Origin: Gammaproteobacteria bacterium
Lineage (GTDB): Bacteria > Pseudomonadota > Gammaproteobacteria > Eutrophobiales > Eutrophobiaceae
Reading direction: 5' to 3'
DNA length: 64,000 nucleotides
NCBI GenBank assembly: GCA_965222155.1
Contig: CBDCTH010000012.1
Coordinates: 3,104,001 to 3,168,000 of the forward strand
The notes under the pieces were generated by a model. It saw only the letters and a list, made by a program, of their open reading frames with translations, had not been told where the DNA came from and ran no database searches. Shown here one piece after another: positions 40,900-50,126 of this stretch. A program made the translations under genes and the position numbers. Every line of letters begins with the position of its first letter. The first letter of the stretch is position 1.

Positions 40900-41973
40900 A
40901 TGTTCGATTTTTTTTCCAAGTGGTACCGGCGCTATTTTACCGACCCCCAGGCTGCCGTGCTGGTTATTTTTCTGGCAGCCGGCTTTGTCATCCTCTATTT
41001 CATGGGTGGCATGCTGGCGCCGTTGCTTGCAGCAGTCGTGATTGCCTATATGCTTGAAGGGCCGATAGTGAAACTGACCGCCAGGCAGGTGCCCAGGATA
41101 ACGGCCGTTTCATTGATATTCCTGTTGTTTCTCATGCTGATGGGTTTCGTCATAATCGGTCTGTTGCCGATTCTGTCCGGGCAGGCAAGCCAGTTTTTTC
41201 AGGAATTCCCCGGGATGTTGAGCCGCGGCCAGGAACTGTTGCTGCGCCTGCCGGAGCAATATCCCGATATTATTTCTGCCGAACTGGTTAACGAGATAGG
41301 TCTCGCCTTACGCCGCGGAGCCAGTGATTTCGGACAAGAACTCGTGTCCGTCTCCATGGCGTCGATACCTGCGATTATCACGGTCCTTGTCTACGTAATC
41401 CTGGTGCCGTTGATGATCTTTTTTTTGTTGAAGGACAAGGATGTGGTCCTGGATTGGCTGAGCCGTTTCCTGCCGAGTGACCGCACCCTGGTCAGACACC
41501 TGTGGCAGGAAATGGACGCGCAGATCGGCAATTACATCCGTGGCAAGGTATATGAAATTGTCATCGTAGGCACGACGACGTATATTGTTTTCACGCTGTT
41601 CGGGTTGAATTATGCCTCCCTGCTCTCTATCACGGTGGGTTTGTCCGTATTGATCCCTTATATTGGCGCCGCCGTGGTGACGGTGCCCATTGCGCTGGTG
41701 GCTTATTTCCAGTGGGGTTTCGAGTCGGTGTTTGTCTGGTTGATCGCCGCTTATTTCATTATCCAGTTTCTGGACGGCAACGTCCTGGTGCCGGTCCTGT
41801 TTTCAGACGTTGTCAACCTGCATCCGGTAGCAATTATCATTGCCATACTGGTGTTTGGCGGGCTATGGGGGTTTTGGGGCGTATTTTTCGCCATTCCGTT
41901 GGCTACCCTGGTCAAGGCGTTGATCAACGTCTGGCCCACCAAGGAAGAGCAACTGTCGGAAACAGGCGCATAG
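40900..41973 (+). CDS. AI-2E / PerM family transporter
   Basis: YFTDPQA, QIGNYIRGK, QFLDGNVLVPVLFSD.VNLHP; next to bcp. Confidence 0.9.
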   Translation: MFDFFSKWYRRYFTDPQAAVLVIFLAAGFVILYFMGGMLAPLLAAVVIAYMLEGPIVKLTARQVPRITAVSLIFLLFLMLMGFVIIGLLPILSGQASQFFQEFPGMLSRGQELLLRLPEQYPDIISAELVNEIGLALRRGASDFGQELVSVSMASIPAIITVLVYVILVPLMIFFLLKDKDVVLDWLSRFLPSDRTLVRHLWQEMDAQIGNYIRGKVYEIVIVGTTTYIVFTLFGLNYASLLSITVGLSVLIPYIGAAVVTVPIALVAYFQWGFESVFVWLIAAYFIIQFLDGNVLVPVLFSDVVNLHPVAIIIAILVFGGLWGFWGVFFAIPLATLVKALINVWPTKEEQLSETGA

Positions 41974-42010
41974 CGCCATTCCACCAACAGGGAAAGCGGC
42001 TTCTGTTTAT

Positions 42011-42478
42011 TCAGAGGGCTTTAACCGCTTCAAGTACGTCGTTCACGTGCCCTTTTACCTTGACCTTGCGCCACTCATTACGGAGTTTACCCGTTTCATC
42101 TATCAGGAACGTGCTGCGTTCTATTCCCATCACTTTCCTGCCGTACATGTTTTTTTCCTTGATGACATCAAACAGCGTGCAAAGCTGTTCGGCCTCGTCA
42201 GATAACAAGTCAAACGGGAATGCCTGGTTGGATTTGAATTTTTCATGGGATTTTACACTGTCCCTGGAAACACCGAGGATGACCGTTTTGCGCGAGGTGA
42301 ACTCTTCGATATTATCCCGAAAATCCTGTCCCTCCAGGGTGCAACCGGGAGTGCTGTCTTTAGGGTAGAAGTATATGATTACGTTATTTCCCTTAAGATC
42401 AGATAATTTGATGGTTTTGTCGCCGGTAGCCGCAAGCTCAAAGTCCGACACCGTGTCGCCTAAGTTTATTGTACTCAT
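42011..42478 (-). CDS. bcp: Bcp/PrxQ peroxiredoxin
   Basis: YFYPKDSTPGCT. Confidence 0.92.
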   Translation of the reverse strand: MSTINLGDTVSDFELAATGDKTIKLSDLKGNNVIIYFYPKDSTPGCTLEGQDFRDNIEEFTSRKTVILGVSRDSVKSHEKFKSNQAFPFDLLSDEAEQLCTLFDVIKEKNMYGRKVMGIERSTFLIDETGKLRNEWRKVKVKGHVNDVLEAVKAL

Positions 42479-42507
42479 GTTGTGTTATCCCAGGTTGATA
42501 GTTATTC

Positions 42508-43035
42508 TTATTTCACCGGTTCGATAATCGCATCCAGGTTCAACTGGTCACAGAATTCCAGAAAGTCATTGCGCAATGTCGAGATGGATATCTCGACCGG
42601 AACATGAATGGTCAAGTGCAGTGAGAACATCTCGGTACCGGTGTGAGACGCTTCGTATGTCGTTGTGTGTAAATCACGAATTTGAATACCGCTGTCCTGG
42701 ATAAAACGGGTAATGCGGTTTACCACGCCGACGCGGTCGCTGCATATGACATCAATGGCGTAAGGCATCAGGTTTTTTTGTGATTTGTTTAATTCGGTCC
42801 GACGCATATTGATGGATAAATCCTGCTCTTTTCCCAGCCTGTTGAGGGCATCTTCAACCTTTACAACGGCGTTCCAGTTTCCGGAGAGGAGCAACATCAT
42901 GGAAAATTCCTGTCCCAGTATGGATATCCGGCTTTCCCGGATATTGCACTCGCATTCTGCGATGGCGCCGGTCAATCGTTCGGGCAGGGCAGCATCGTAC
43001 TTACCGATGACGGTCAGGGCAAGAAACTGTATCAT
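42508..43035 (-). CDS. gcvR: Glycine cleavage system repressor (double ACT domain)
   Basis: LSGNWNAV.KVE, DFLEFCDQLNLDAIIEPVK; divergent from dapA. Confidence 0.88.
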   Translation of the reverse strand: MIQFLALTVIGKYDAALPERLTGAIAECECNIRESRISILGQEFSMMLLLSGNWNAVVKVEDALNRLGKEQDLSINMRRTELNKSQKNLMPYAIDVICSDRVGVVNRITRFIQDSGIQIRDLHTTTYEASHTGTEMFSLHLTIHVPVEISISTLRNDFLEFCDQLNLDAIIEPVK

Positions 43036-43272
43036 TATTGTGGTTCGGGTAAAGCAACTATAAAGCTGGCGTTCAAGAGGGATACCACAGAGTATACAGT
43101 TTCCTAATTATCTTGTCATTAGCGGGTCGGACAAGTACCATATTTATCATATTGTACAATAATGGATGTATCTCCCCTCATTATACGCAATATGGGAAAT
43201 TTTGTGCTAGCAGGGGAATAGTTATGGGTTATTAATACACCGGATTTCACCACCTTGCAGAATTCGAACGAC

Positions 43273-44160
43273 ATGTTTACAGGTAGTCTTGTTGCCATTG
43301 TTACCCCCATGAAGAGCGGCATTGGAGCGGATACGCCGTTGGACCTGGAGGGGTTGGAACGGTTGCTTGAGTACCATATTGACAACAAAACTGACGCTAT
43401 TGTAGCTGTGGGTACGACGGGTGAATCTGCCACCCTGATGCCGGCAGAACATTGTGAGGTCATCAAACGGATTGTGGAAATTGTCAACAAACGCATACCC
43501 GTCATCGCCGGAACCGGCGCAAACTCAACTATCGAAGCCATAGAATTAACGGCCTATGCCAAGAAAGCAGGGGCCGACGCCTGTTTGCTGGTAACGCCTT
43601 ATTACAATAAGCCGACCCAGTCGGGCTTGTATGAGCATTTCAAGGTCATTGCCGCCAGTGTGCCTGTCCCGCAGATTTTATACAACGTCCCCGGTCGTAC
43701 GGCTTGCGATATGTTGCCTGAAACTGTGTCCAGACTCGCACGGCTCGATAATATCATCGGGATCAAGGAGGCGACAGGTGACTTGACCCGCGTAAAAACC
43801 ATCAGGGAAGACTGTGGTGATGATTTTCTACTGTTAAGTGGAGATGATGAGACTGCCTGTGATTTTATACTCATGGGAGGTGACGGCGTTATCTCTGTGA
43901 CCGCCAACGCCGCACCGACTGCAATGTATGAATTATGTCGCCTGGCTCGGTTCGGCCACCGGGACGCGGCCAAGACCATTGATGCAAAACTGCTGGGATT
44001 GCACCAATCCTTATTTCTGGAGTCCAACCCGATACCGGTCAAGTGGGCCGTCCATCGCCTGGGACTTATTGAAGATGGAATCCGTTTACCCATGACCTGG
44101 TTATCTGAGGCGTTGCATCCACACGTTGAGGCCGCCATGAAACAAGCTGAGGTACTGTGA
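43273..44160 (+). CDS. dapA: 4-hydroxy-tetrahydrodipicolinate synthase
   Basis: GTTGESATL, YNVPGRT, GIKEATG. Confidence 0.97.
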   Translation: MFTGSLVAIVTPMKSGIGADTPLDLEGLERLLEYHIDNKTDAIVAVGTTGESATLMPAEHCEVIKRIVEIVNKRIPVIAGTGANSTIEAIELTAYAKKAGADACLLVTPYYNKPTQSGLYEHFKVIAASVPVPQILYNVPGRTACDMLPETVSRLARLDNIIGIKEATGDLTRVKTIREDCGDDFLLLSGDDETACDFILMGGDGVISVTANAAPTAMYELCRLARFGHRDAAKTIDAKLLGLHQSLFLESNPIPVKWAVHRLGLIEDGIRLPMTWLSEALHPHVEAAMKQAEVL

Positions 44161-44163
44161 TTT

Positions 44164-45228
44164 ATGAGAAAACCGATTTTAACAATAGCAATGGGCGCAT
44201 TCGCAATGTGTTTATTAACATCCTGTTCTTATATGCCTGATATAGGGAAAATCCTGCCTGACAAAAAGAGTGAATACAAAAAAAGCGAGAGCATGCCCGA
44301 TTTGGAGATCCCTCCTGATTTAACTGCGGATGCCATTAATGATTCCATGAATATTCCGAATGAAGCGCCGGCGACCTTATCTCGTTATAAAAAGCCGCAG
44401 GCGCCGGGTACGGCTCGGCTAACAATGGGGACCACGGACACGGATGAACAATGGATATCCGTATCTAAGCCGATAGATCTGCTTTGGCCGGAGTTGCTCG
44501 AATTTTTTGAGGAAAAAAACTATCCCATTGAACTGGAAGACGCGGATCTGGGGGTGCTGGAAACGGGCTGGTCACAGGCCAGTGAGCAGACCGGCCTGAT
44601 ATATCGTCATAAATATAAAATATTTGCGGAACAGGGCGATACGCCCGATGTCAGCGTCCTGATTATCAGCCAGCAGCGCCAGACCCGACTCGATAGCAAT
44701 GCAGACTGGCTTGACCAGGAAAAAGACTCCGGGCTGGAAAGACAATTTGTATCCGATCTCAGCCTTTTTATTGACGCCGGCGAACCGGCCGGCCGGCGCG
44801 CGCCGGTTGCCGTCTCTGATGAAACTGCCGCCGATTCAGCCCTGGCGCGGCCGGGCACTGATCTTCGAGTGGTTGACGCAGGTGAAGGTAAAATGTACCT
44901 GAGCATTCCCGAAGCCTTCGAACAAGCCTGGAAAAATACGGGTACCGCCTTGCAAAACAGTGGACTGCAGATAACCGGCGGGGATGCCGCCAAAGGTGTT
45001 TATCTGATCAATTCAGGGACTGTGCAAAGCCGCGAGAAGAAAGGCTTTTTCTCCAAACTGGCTTTCTGGAAAGGTAGCAAGTCCGCAGAGACTTCATATC
45101 AGATAAGCCTGACGGGGGTTGGCAGCAGGACCGAATTAATCGTGGTTAATGAAGATGATGAATGGGAAACCACTGATGCGGCTGCTCGCATACTGGCATT
45201 AATCCGCGACCGCTATCCGATAAATTAA
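44164..45228 (+). CDS. bamC: Outer membrane assembly lipoprotein BamC/NlpB
   Basis: Lipobox LTSC, LEIPPDL, FFSKLAFW; follows dapA. Confidence 0.85.
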   Translation: MRKPILTIAMGAFAMCLLTSCSYMPDIGKILPDKKSEYKKSESMPDLEIPPDLTADAINDSMNIPNEAPATLSRYKKPQAPGTARLTMGTTDTDEQWISVSKPIDLLWPELLEFFEEKNYPIELEDADLGVLETGWSQASEQTGLIYRHKYKIFAEQGDTPDVSVLIISQQRQTRLDSNADWLDQEKDSGLERQFVSDLSLFIDAGEPAGRRAPVAVSDETAADSALARPGTDLRVVDAGEGKMYLSIPEAFEQAWKNTGTALQNSGLQITGGDAAKGVYLINSGTVQSREKKGFFSKLAFWKGSKSAETSYQISLTGVGSRTELIVVNEDDEWETTDAAARILALIRDRYPIN

Positions 45229-45243
45229 ATATAAGTGACAAAA

Positions 45244-45401
45244 GGCGACGGATTTAAATCCGTCCTCCAGGAGTCACAGTGATTCTTGTCGGATTCGGGC
45301 ATACTCTGACCATAAGGTGGCCTGTTTCCCTGGGAGGGAGGGCGTTTCGCCCTCCACGAGGGCAGGATGCCCTCGATCCCGGGAGTTAGCGGGGACTGCT
45401 G
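45244..45401 (+). repeat. Composite repeat D, third copy
   Basis: GACGGATTTAAATCCGTC + CAGGAGTC + GGGCATACTCTGACCATAAGG + GAGGGCAGGATGCCCTC + GTTAGCGGG modules. Confidence 0.8.
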
Positions 45402-45453
45402 GGTTTTTACGATTTGACTTGCAAAACGTATCATTTTTTGATACTTTTAGAAA

Positions 45454-46257
45454 GTGAAATTGAATTCAGAACGCATTACGGCCAAAGATCTCATCACACA
45501 ACTGATGTCGAAGGGGCATTACAGCTTCACCTCGGAAGATGCGCGCGCAGCACTAAAGGTCTCACCGGACGCCTGCAAACTGGCTTTGAATCGGCTCGCC
45601 AAACAGGGGCAGATTGCGTCTCCCGCCCGCGGATTCTACGTCATCACCCCGCCCGAATACCGCTCCTTGGGCTGTCTGCCTGCGCATCAGTTCATTCCGG
45701 ACCTGATGAAGTACAAGGGACTGAACTATTATGCAGGCCTGCTGACCGCCGCACAATACTACGGGGCGGCACACCAGCGTCCGCAGGAATTCCAGGTCTT
45801 CCTGGCAAGAAACCGCAGACCTATTCGTTGCAGCAAAGTGCGGGTCAGATTCATCGCCAGAAAGAAGATTGAGGAAATACCGGTGCGTTCGTTCAATACA
45901 GAGCGCGGCGAACTTCGCGTTTCGACACCGGAAGCAACCGCGCTTGACCTTGTCGGTTACCCGGAACATGTCGGCGGGCTGGACCAGGTCGCGACAATCC
46001 TGTCTGAACTCGCCAGCGAGATCGACCCGGCAGCATTAATAACAGCTGCGATAACGGCGCCCATCACCTGGGTCCAGCGGCTCGGTTACATCCTGGAGCT
46101 GGTCGAGCAGGCCGCCGCTGCCGATCATATCCGGACCTACGTTCACGAACACGCACGCGCATATACGATGTTGCTGCCGGGGCATGAAGGGGCAGACAGC
46201 CACCGCACTCCCAACTGGAAGCTGGTCGTGAATACAGAGCTGGAGCCGGACATATGA
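45454..46257 (+). CDS. Type IV TA AbiEi-family antitoxin
   Basis: PARGFYVITPPEY, YYAGLLTAAQYYGAAHQRPQEFQV, STPEATALDLV. Confidence 0.85.
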   Translation: MKLNSERITAKDLITQLMSKGHYSFTSEDARAALKVSPDACKLALNRLAKQGQIASPARGFYVITPPEYRSLGCLPAHQFIPDLMKYKGLNYYAGLLTAAQYYGAAHQRPQEFQVFLARNRRPIRCSKVRVRFIARKKIEEIPVRSFNTERGELRVSTPEATALDLVGYPEHVGGLDQVATILSELASEIDPAALITAAITAPITWVQRLGYILELVEQAAAADHIRTYVHEHARAYTMLLPGHEGADSHRTPNWKLVVNTELEPDI

Positions 46258-46307
46258 TCCCGTACGACTACATCACAGAGTGGCGGGACCACTCCGTATT
46301 CAGATGA
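46254..46307 (+). pseudogene. N-terminal stub of an AbiEii nucleotidyltransferase toxin
   Basis: MIPYDYITEWR.. overlapping the AbiEi stop (ATGA); ends after 17 codons. Confidence 0.65.
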
Positions 46308-46550
46308 AGTCTATGAACTTTACGACCATGACTTTGAACGGATACAACACCCTAATTACAAGGCAGATTTAGTGCTGAGTGGATTAAAACTCCGTGAATT
46401 ACACAGATGAGGACAACTCGCTGGCCAACTCTGATGTGACCCGATTAATCTAAAAAAACGGGACTTGATCAGAGTATCCTCTGGTTGTTATCAGTCTGCA
46501 ACCAGAATTTTGCAGATATAAATCTCATCTGCGACTTTTCCAGTTAATTA

Positions 46551-47174
46551 TTAAAGTTCTCTAAGAGATTCGAGGCGACTCAGCCAAGCGTTAAATCCAG
46601 GACATTCGTATTTTAATTTATCTAATCCGATTTCATGTGCCAGAGATGGACCGTGCAGTGTCTTGCGGTAGCCAGGGATCAGCTTTGAGATACGCTTGCT
46701 TGGTGCTGTCTCCGAACTGTCATTGATCTCCTCGGGAGTGCCGAATGTTGCTCTAATCTTCCGAAGGTCAACCAAAGGAGCATTATCCCATACGCTTTTG
46801 AATGCGTTTACATCAGAGAACAACAACCCTTCAAACTCGTGAACCTGGACGTACGGGAATATATTTCTCTCCTCGAATTGTTCAATGCTATTCTCAATGG
46901 CCTGTACGAGCATGTGGGGAGACATTTCATTCTTGTCTTTAAATCCGTAGAAATCCACCAAGGAGGTCACGACATCGAAACTATACCGAAGATGCTGCAA
47001 TTCACGCGAAAGCCTGTTAATTGTGACATTGCCACCACCTTGAACGTTATACCGCGCCCGACCTAGCAGCACAGGAGTTACAAAGACATCTCTGCTATGT
47101 AGGTGGTGCGCAAGGACCTTCCGAACAAATTCTTCCTCCGTTTGTCCTTCTACGGAGATAGCCAAACGTATCAA
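46551..47174 (-). CDS. DUF4276-like (TOPRIM-related) protein
   Basis: ISVEGQTEEEFV, DFYG, PYVQVHEFEGLLFSD, PEEIND..TAPSKRI. Confidence 0.8.
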   Translation of the reverse strand: MIRLAISVEGQTEEEFVRKVLAHHLHSRDVFVTPVLLGRARYNVQGGGNVTINRLSRELQHLRYSFDVVTSLVDFYGFKDKNEMSPHMLVQAIENSIEQFEERNIFPYVQVHEFEGLLFSDVNAFKSVWDNAPLVDLRKIRATFGTPEEINDSSETAPSKRISKLIPGYRKTLHGPSLAHEIGLDKLKYECPGFNAWLSRLESLREL

Positions 47175-48310
47175 GGCCTTCCACCAAGTAGGTTTTTCTG
47201 CCAGAGTTCTCCGACACTAAAGTCATCTAGCCAGACCTGGAGCGCCTGCACGTTTTGAGTGTGCAACTCGGTTCGACCTTCTACCATTTCCAGTACAAAT
47301 AGTTGATCGAGTTCAAACGTGTCAACCATCAATGGCGACTGGGTTGCTACAATTATCTGACGATCCTGAGCCAATGATTGTATCATCTCGCCGATTAGCA
47401 CGACCGCTTTAGGATGCAGGCCTAGTTCTGGTTCATCTAGCAGCAACACATCCGGTAGCATTTCCACCGGCAGATTCAGCAATGTGACAAGTGCGAAGAA
47501 ACGTAATGAACCGTCTGATGATAGATGTGTTCCGTAGGTCTTGTCCGAGTATTTGGAACGCCAACGCAGAGCCACCTTCCCGTGTTGTTCCTCGATCTGA
47601 AAGCTGTCGAATCCCGGCAATACGCGCTGTACGTGGTGGCAGATTCGTTCATATCTCTGCAGATCTTCCTGTTCTAGCCAGTACAGGATGGCTGGCAGGT
47701 TGCCACCATCGCTTCGCATACGGCTATGATCTTCTGCATCCCACTTTTTCATAAAGTTTGATGTAGTAGCAGTGTTATGAAATTGATAAACGTCGCAATT
47801 CCGTAACAAATGTGTAACTGTTCGAGCGGTTCGTTTATTGAGTTGTGGGGTTTGAACTGTGTAGGAGGATTGGGCAACCTCGACAATCTTTGCCTCTTGG
47901 TGCCCATTTTCGAGATATTGCCAAGGAGCTTCACTATCAAATATCTTTCGATTAAAGCGGAATGCTTCTTGTGTGAACAATAGCCGGTCTGGATGGGCAT
48001 GCGTAAGAGCAAACTGGTAGTCATTTCTTCCTTCTTTAGTTAGTATGGTGATTTCAGCGTTGAGTATTGGCGTCTTTTCACTGCCGCCGTGCAGTTGATC
48101 ATCTGCACCACCTTGTAATGCGACAAACTCCGCAAGCCGCCGCGATTTTAACATCCAACTCAGCATCTCGAAGAAACGAATAAAGTTTGATTTCCCAGAT
48201 CCGTTTGCGCCAATCAAAACATTCGCTCCTGATTGCAGATGGAACTCTATGTCAGCAAATGAGCGGAAACCTTTTATATGGAAATATTTAATATAGGGCC
48301 GGTCGATCAT
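47171..48310 (-). CDS. AAA_21/SMC-like ABC ATPase
   Basis: GANGSGKSN, LSSDGSLRF, LLDEPELGLHP, ATQSP. Confidence 0.9.
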   Translation of the reverse strand: MIDRPYIKYFHIKGFRSFADIEFHLQSGANVLIGANGSGKSNFIRFFEMLSWMLKSRRLAEFVALQGGADDQLHGGSEKTPILNAEITILTKEGRNDYQFALTHAHPDRLLFTQEAFRFNRKIFDSEAPWQYLENGHQEAKIVEVAQSSYTVQTPQLNKRTARTVTHLLRNCDVYQFHNTATTSNFMKKWDAEDHSRMRSDGGNLPAILYWLEQEDLQRYERICHHVQRVLPGFDSFQIEEQHGKVALRWRSKYSDKTYGTHLSSDGSLRFFALVTLLNLPVEMLPDVLLLDEPELGLHPKAVVLIGEMIQSLAQDRQIIVATQSPLMVDTFELDQLFVLEMVEGRTELHTQNVQALQVWLDDFSVGELWQKNLLGGRP

Positions 48311-48346
48311 AATGAAGATTTTACCATTAAATGACTAAAGTCCTAA

Positions 48347-48540
48347 CCCGCATTTCTCATATATGGTTCGCCCCGGTATTGCAAGCATAATGTTCGCGTT
48401 GGCAACGTAGACATTGCAGTCATATATCCTCTTGATTGCAGAGTAGGGTCCATGCGGGACCCAACGGAATACGCGCCGTTGTGTCCTCATCACCACAATG
48501 GCTGTCAAGTGTGCGCCGGTGATGAAACCAGAACCGCTGC
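48347..48540 (-). mobile_element. Probable IS110/IS1111-type right non-coding end abutting a MITE C terminus
   Basis: Minus strand ...GGATATATGACTGCA...CTTGCAATACCGGGGCGAACCATATA|TGAGAAATGCGGG; recognised from memory of IS1111 ends; no transposase present. Confidence 0.5.
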
Positions 48541-49023
48541 CAGAAACAGACTGATTACAGAATGACTGAGACGATTATTTCTTTATCCACTAGAGGACAT
48601 TTAATTTCCTGTTGATACCCGCCCAGGATCAAAGCCAACACTTGCTGGTTAACCTTTGCCAACGCCTCGATTCCGGTTATGTTCTCACCCAAGTGCAGCA
48701 GCCAATCCCCCGACAAGTCCGTGTTCTGCATCTGCCGCATCAACTCGGTAAAACACGCTAATACGCCGCGGCCGGTCAATACATCATTGGTACTTGCTGT
48801 TATGTACAGTATAATTTGCACGAGTCTTGCCTGCTGTACCGTCGGGTGAAAGTCATTTGGCACACAACTTTTTATACGGGCAGGGCTTTTTTGATTCCCG
48901 CACATTCTAAGGCAGGATTGGGGGTAGATGGTTCCTTTTGATTCATTATTCAGGCGACATTAACATATTCTGGTGTCGCCACTATGTGGATGCTCAGAGG
49001 TTAATAATTCAGGAGAGGAAAGA

Positions 49024-49602
49024 ATGAGAAAAAAAGTGAAATACACGCTTATATTTATGTTTGTTTTATTGGCAGGTTGTACCAGCGTTCCACCGATAGA
49101 CTTCACAGTAGAATCGGTAGGAATGGTATCTTCCTGAAAGAATGTCAAACTGGTTTCTCTGACAGTAGGATTTGCCCCGCAATCTAAACAAAAGCAGGTC
49201 GATTCTAATTTAGGACCGGGAAGAATGATCACAACAATACCGGCCATTTGGAAAGAAGCCCTTCAAGATGCCTTAAACCGGTCTCTGATATTCATTGATG
49301 ATGCCGATAAAAAAATTAATTTATCTGTGCGAGTTACTGAATATGACCTGCCTGCTGCCGGGTTAGCAATGAAAACCACAGCGTCAGCTATATACGAAAT
49401 AGTTGATAGGGCAAATGGAGATTTATTATTTGCACAGGAAATTTCTACTGAAGGGGTTGTGCCTGTGGATTATGCGTTTTACGGTGTTACCAGGGCAGTA
49501 GAATCTGGGAATAGAGCAGTAAGAAACAATATTGCTGAATTCATAAATATTCTTGAACGAGCAGATTTGAGTAAACCGGTTTTCGAAGGAAGCCAAAAGT
49601 GA
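49024..49602 (+). pseudogene. Lipoprotein with in-frame premature TGA (49135-49137)
   Basis: MRKKVKYTLIFMFVLLAGC lipobox is in frame with the 49225-49602 ORF across a single stop. Confidence 0.75.
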
Positions 49603-50066
49603 ACACCTCGCTTGGGAAGATTTTAATCTGCTTGGTTATCACCCAAACCCTCATTGCCTGCTCCAGTGTAGACGGCACTGGTAAATATCGGGTTCAAACC
49701 ATAGGGAATGCTGAAAGATCAGTCAGGTCGGTGGTGTTGTCTGCGGAGCCGGTATATATACAAGGCGATACGTCGGGTGTCGGAGCTGCTCTCGGCGCAA
49801 CCGCAGGAGGTGGGATAGCCGGTGGAGGTTCCGATAACGCAGCTGTAATAATTGCAGGCATTATTTTAGGTGCAGTCATCGGGGACTACATCGAAGGGCA
49901 AGATAACGTATATCCTGCAACACAGTACGTCATCGAGACGTCGAATGGAATATTGTTAACAGTTGCACAAATTGATGAAGGTAACAGGATTTTTAATAAG
50001 GGAAACAAGGTTATTTTAGTGCACGGCTACCCCAACAGATTAATTGCAGATCCGTCAGATATATAA
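49599..50066 (+). CDS. Glycine-zipper outer membrane lipoprotein (SlyB/Pcp-like)
   Basis: LIAC lipobox; GAALGATAGG...GIILGAVIG. Confidence 0.75.
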   Translation: MNTSLGKILICLVITQTLIACSSVDGTGKYRVQTIGNAERSVRSVVLSAEPVYIQGDTSGVGAALGATAGGGIAGGGSDNAAVIIAGIILGAVIGDYIEGQDNVYPATQYVIETSNGILLTVAQIDEGNRIFNKGNKVILVHGYPNRLIADPSDI

Positions 50067-50126
50067 AACTCTGATGTGATTGAATATCTGTCAGGTAACA
50101 GCTCTGACATGGCTGGTTAATCAAGC

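Noticed and set aside
48555-48905. 116-aa minus-strand ORF as the IS110 transposase
   Set aside because: No DEDD or other recognisable IS110 motifs; probably an unrelated gene fragment
49135-49137. Selenocysteine or readthrough recoding of the in-frame TGA
   Set aside because: No redox motif or evident SECIS-like hairpin; surrounding decay makes a nonsense mutation more likely
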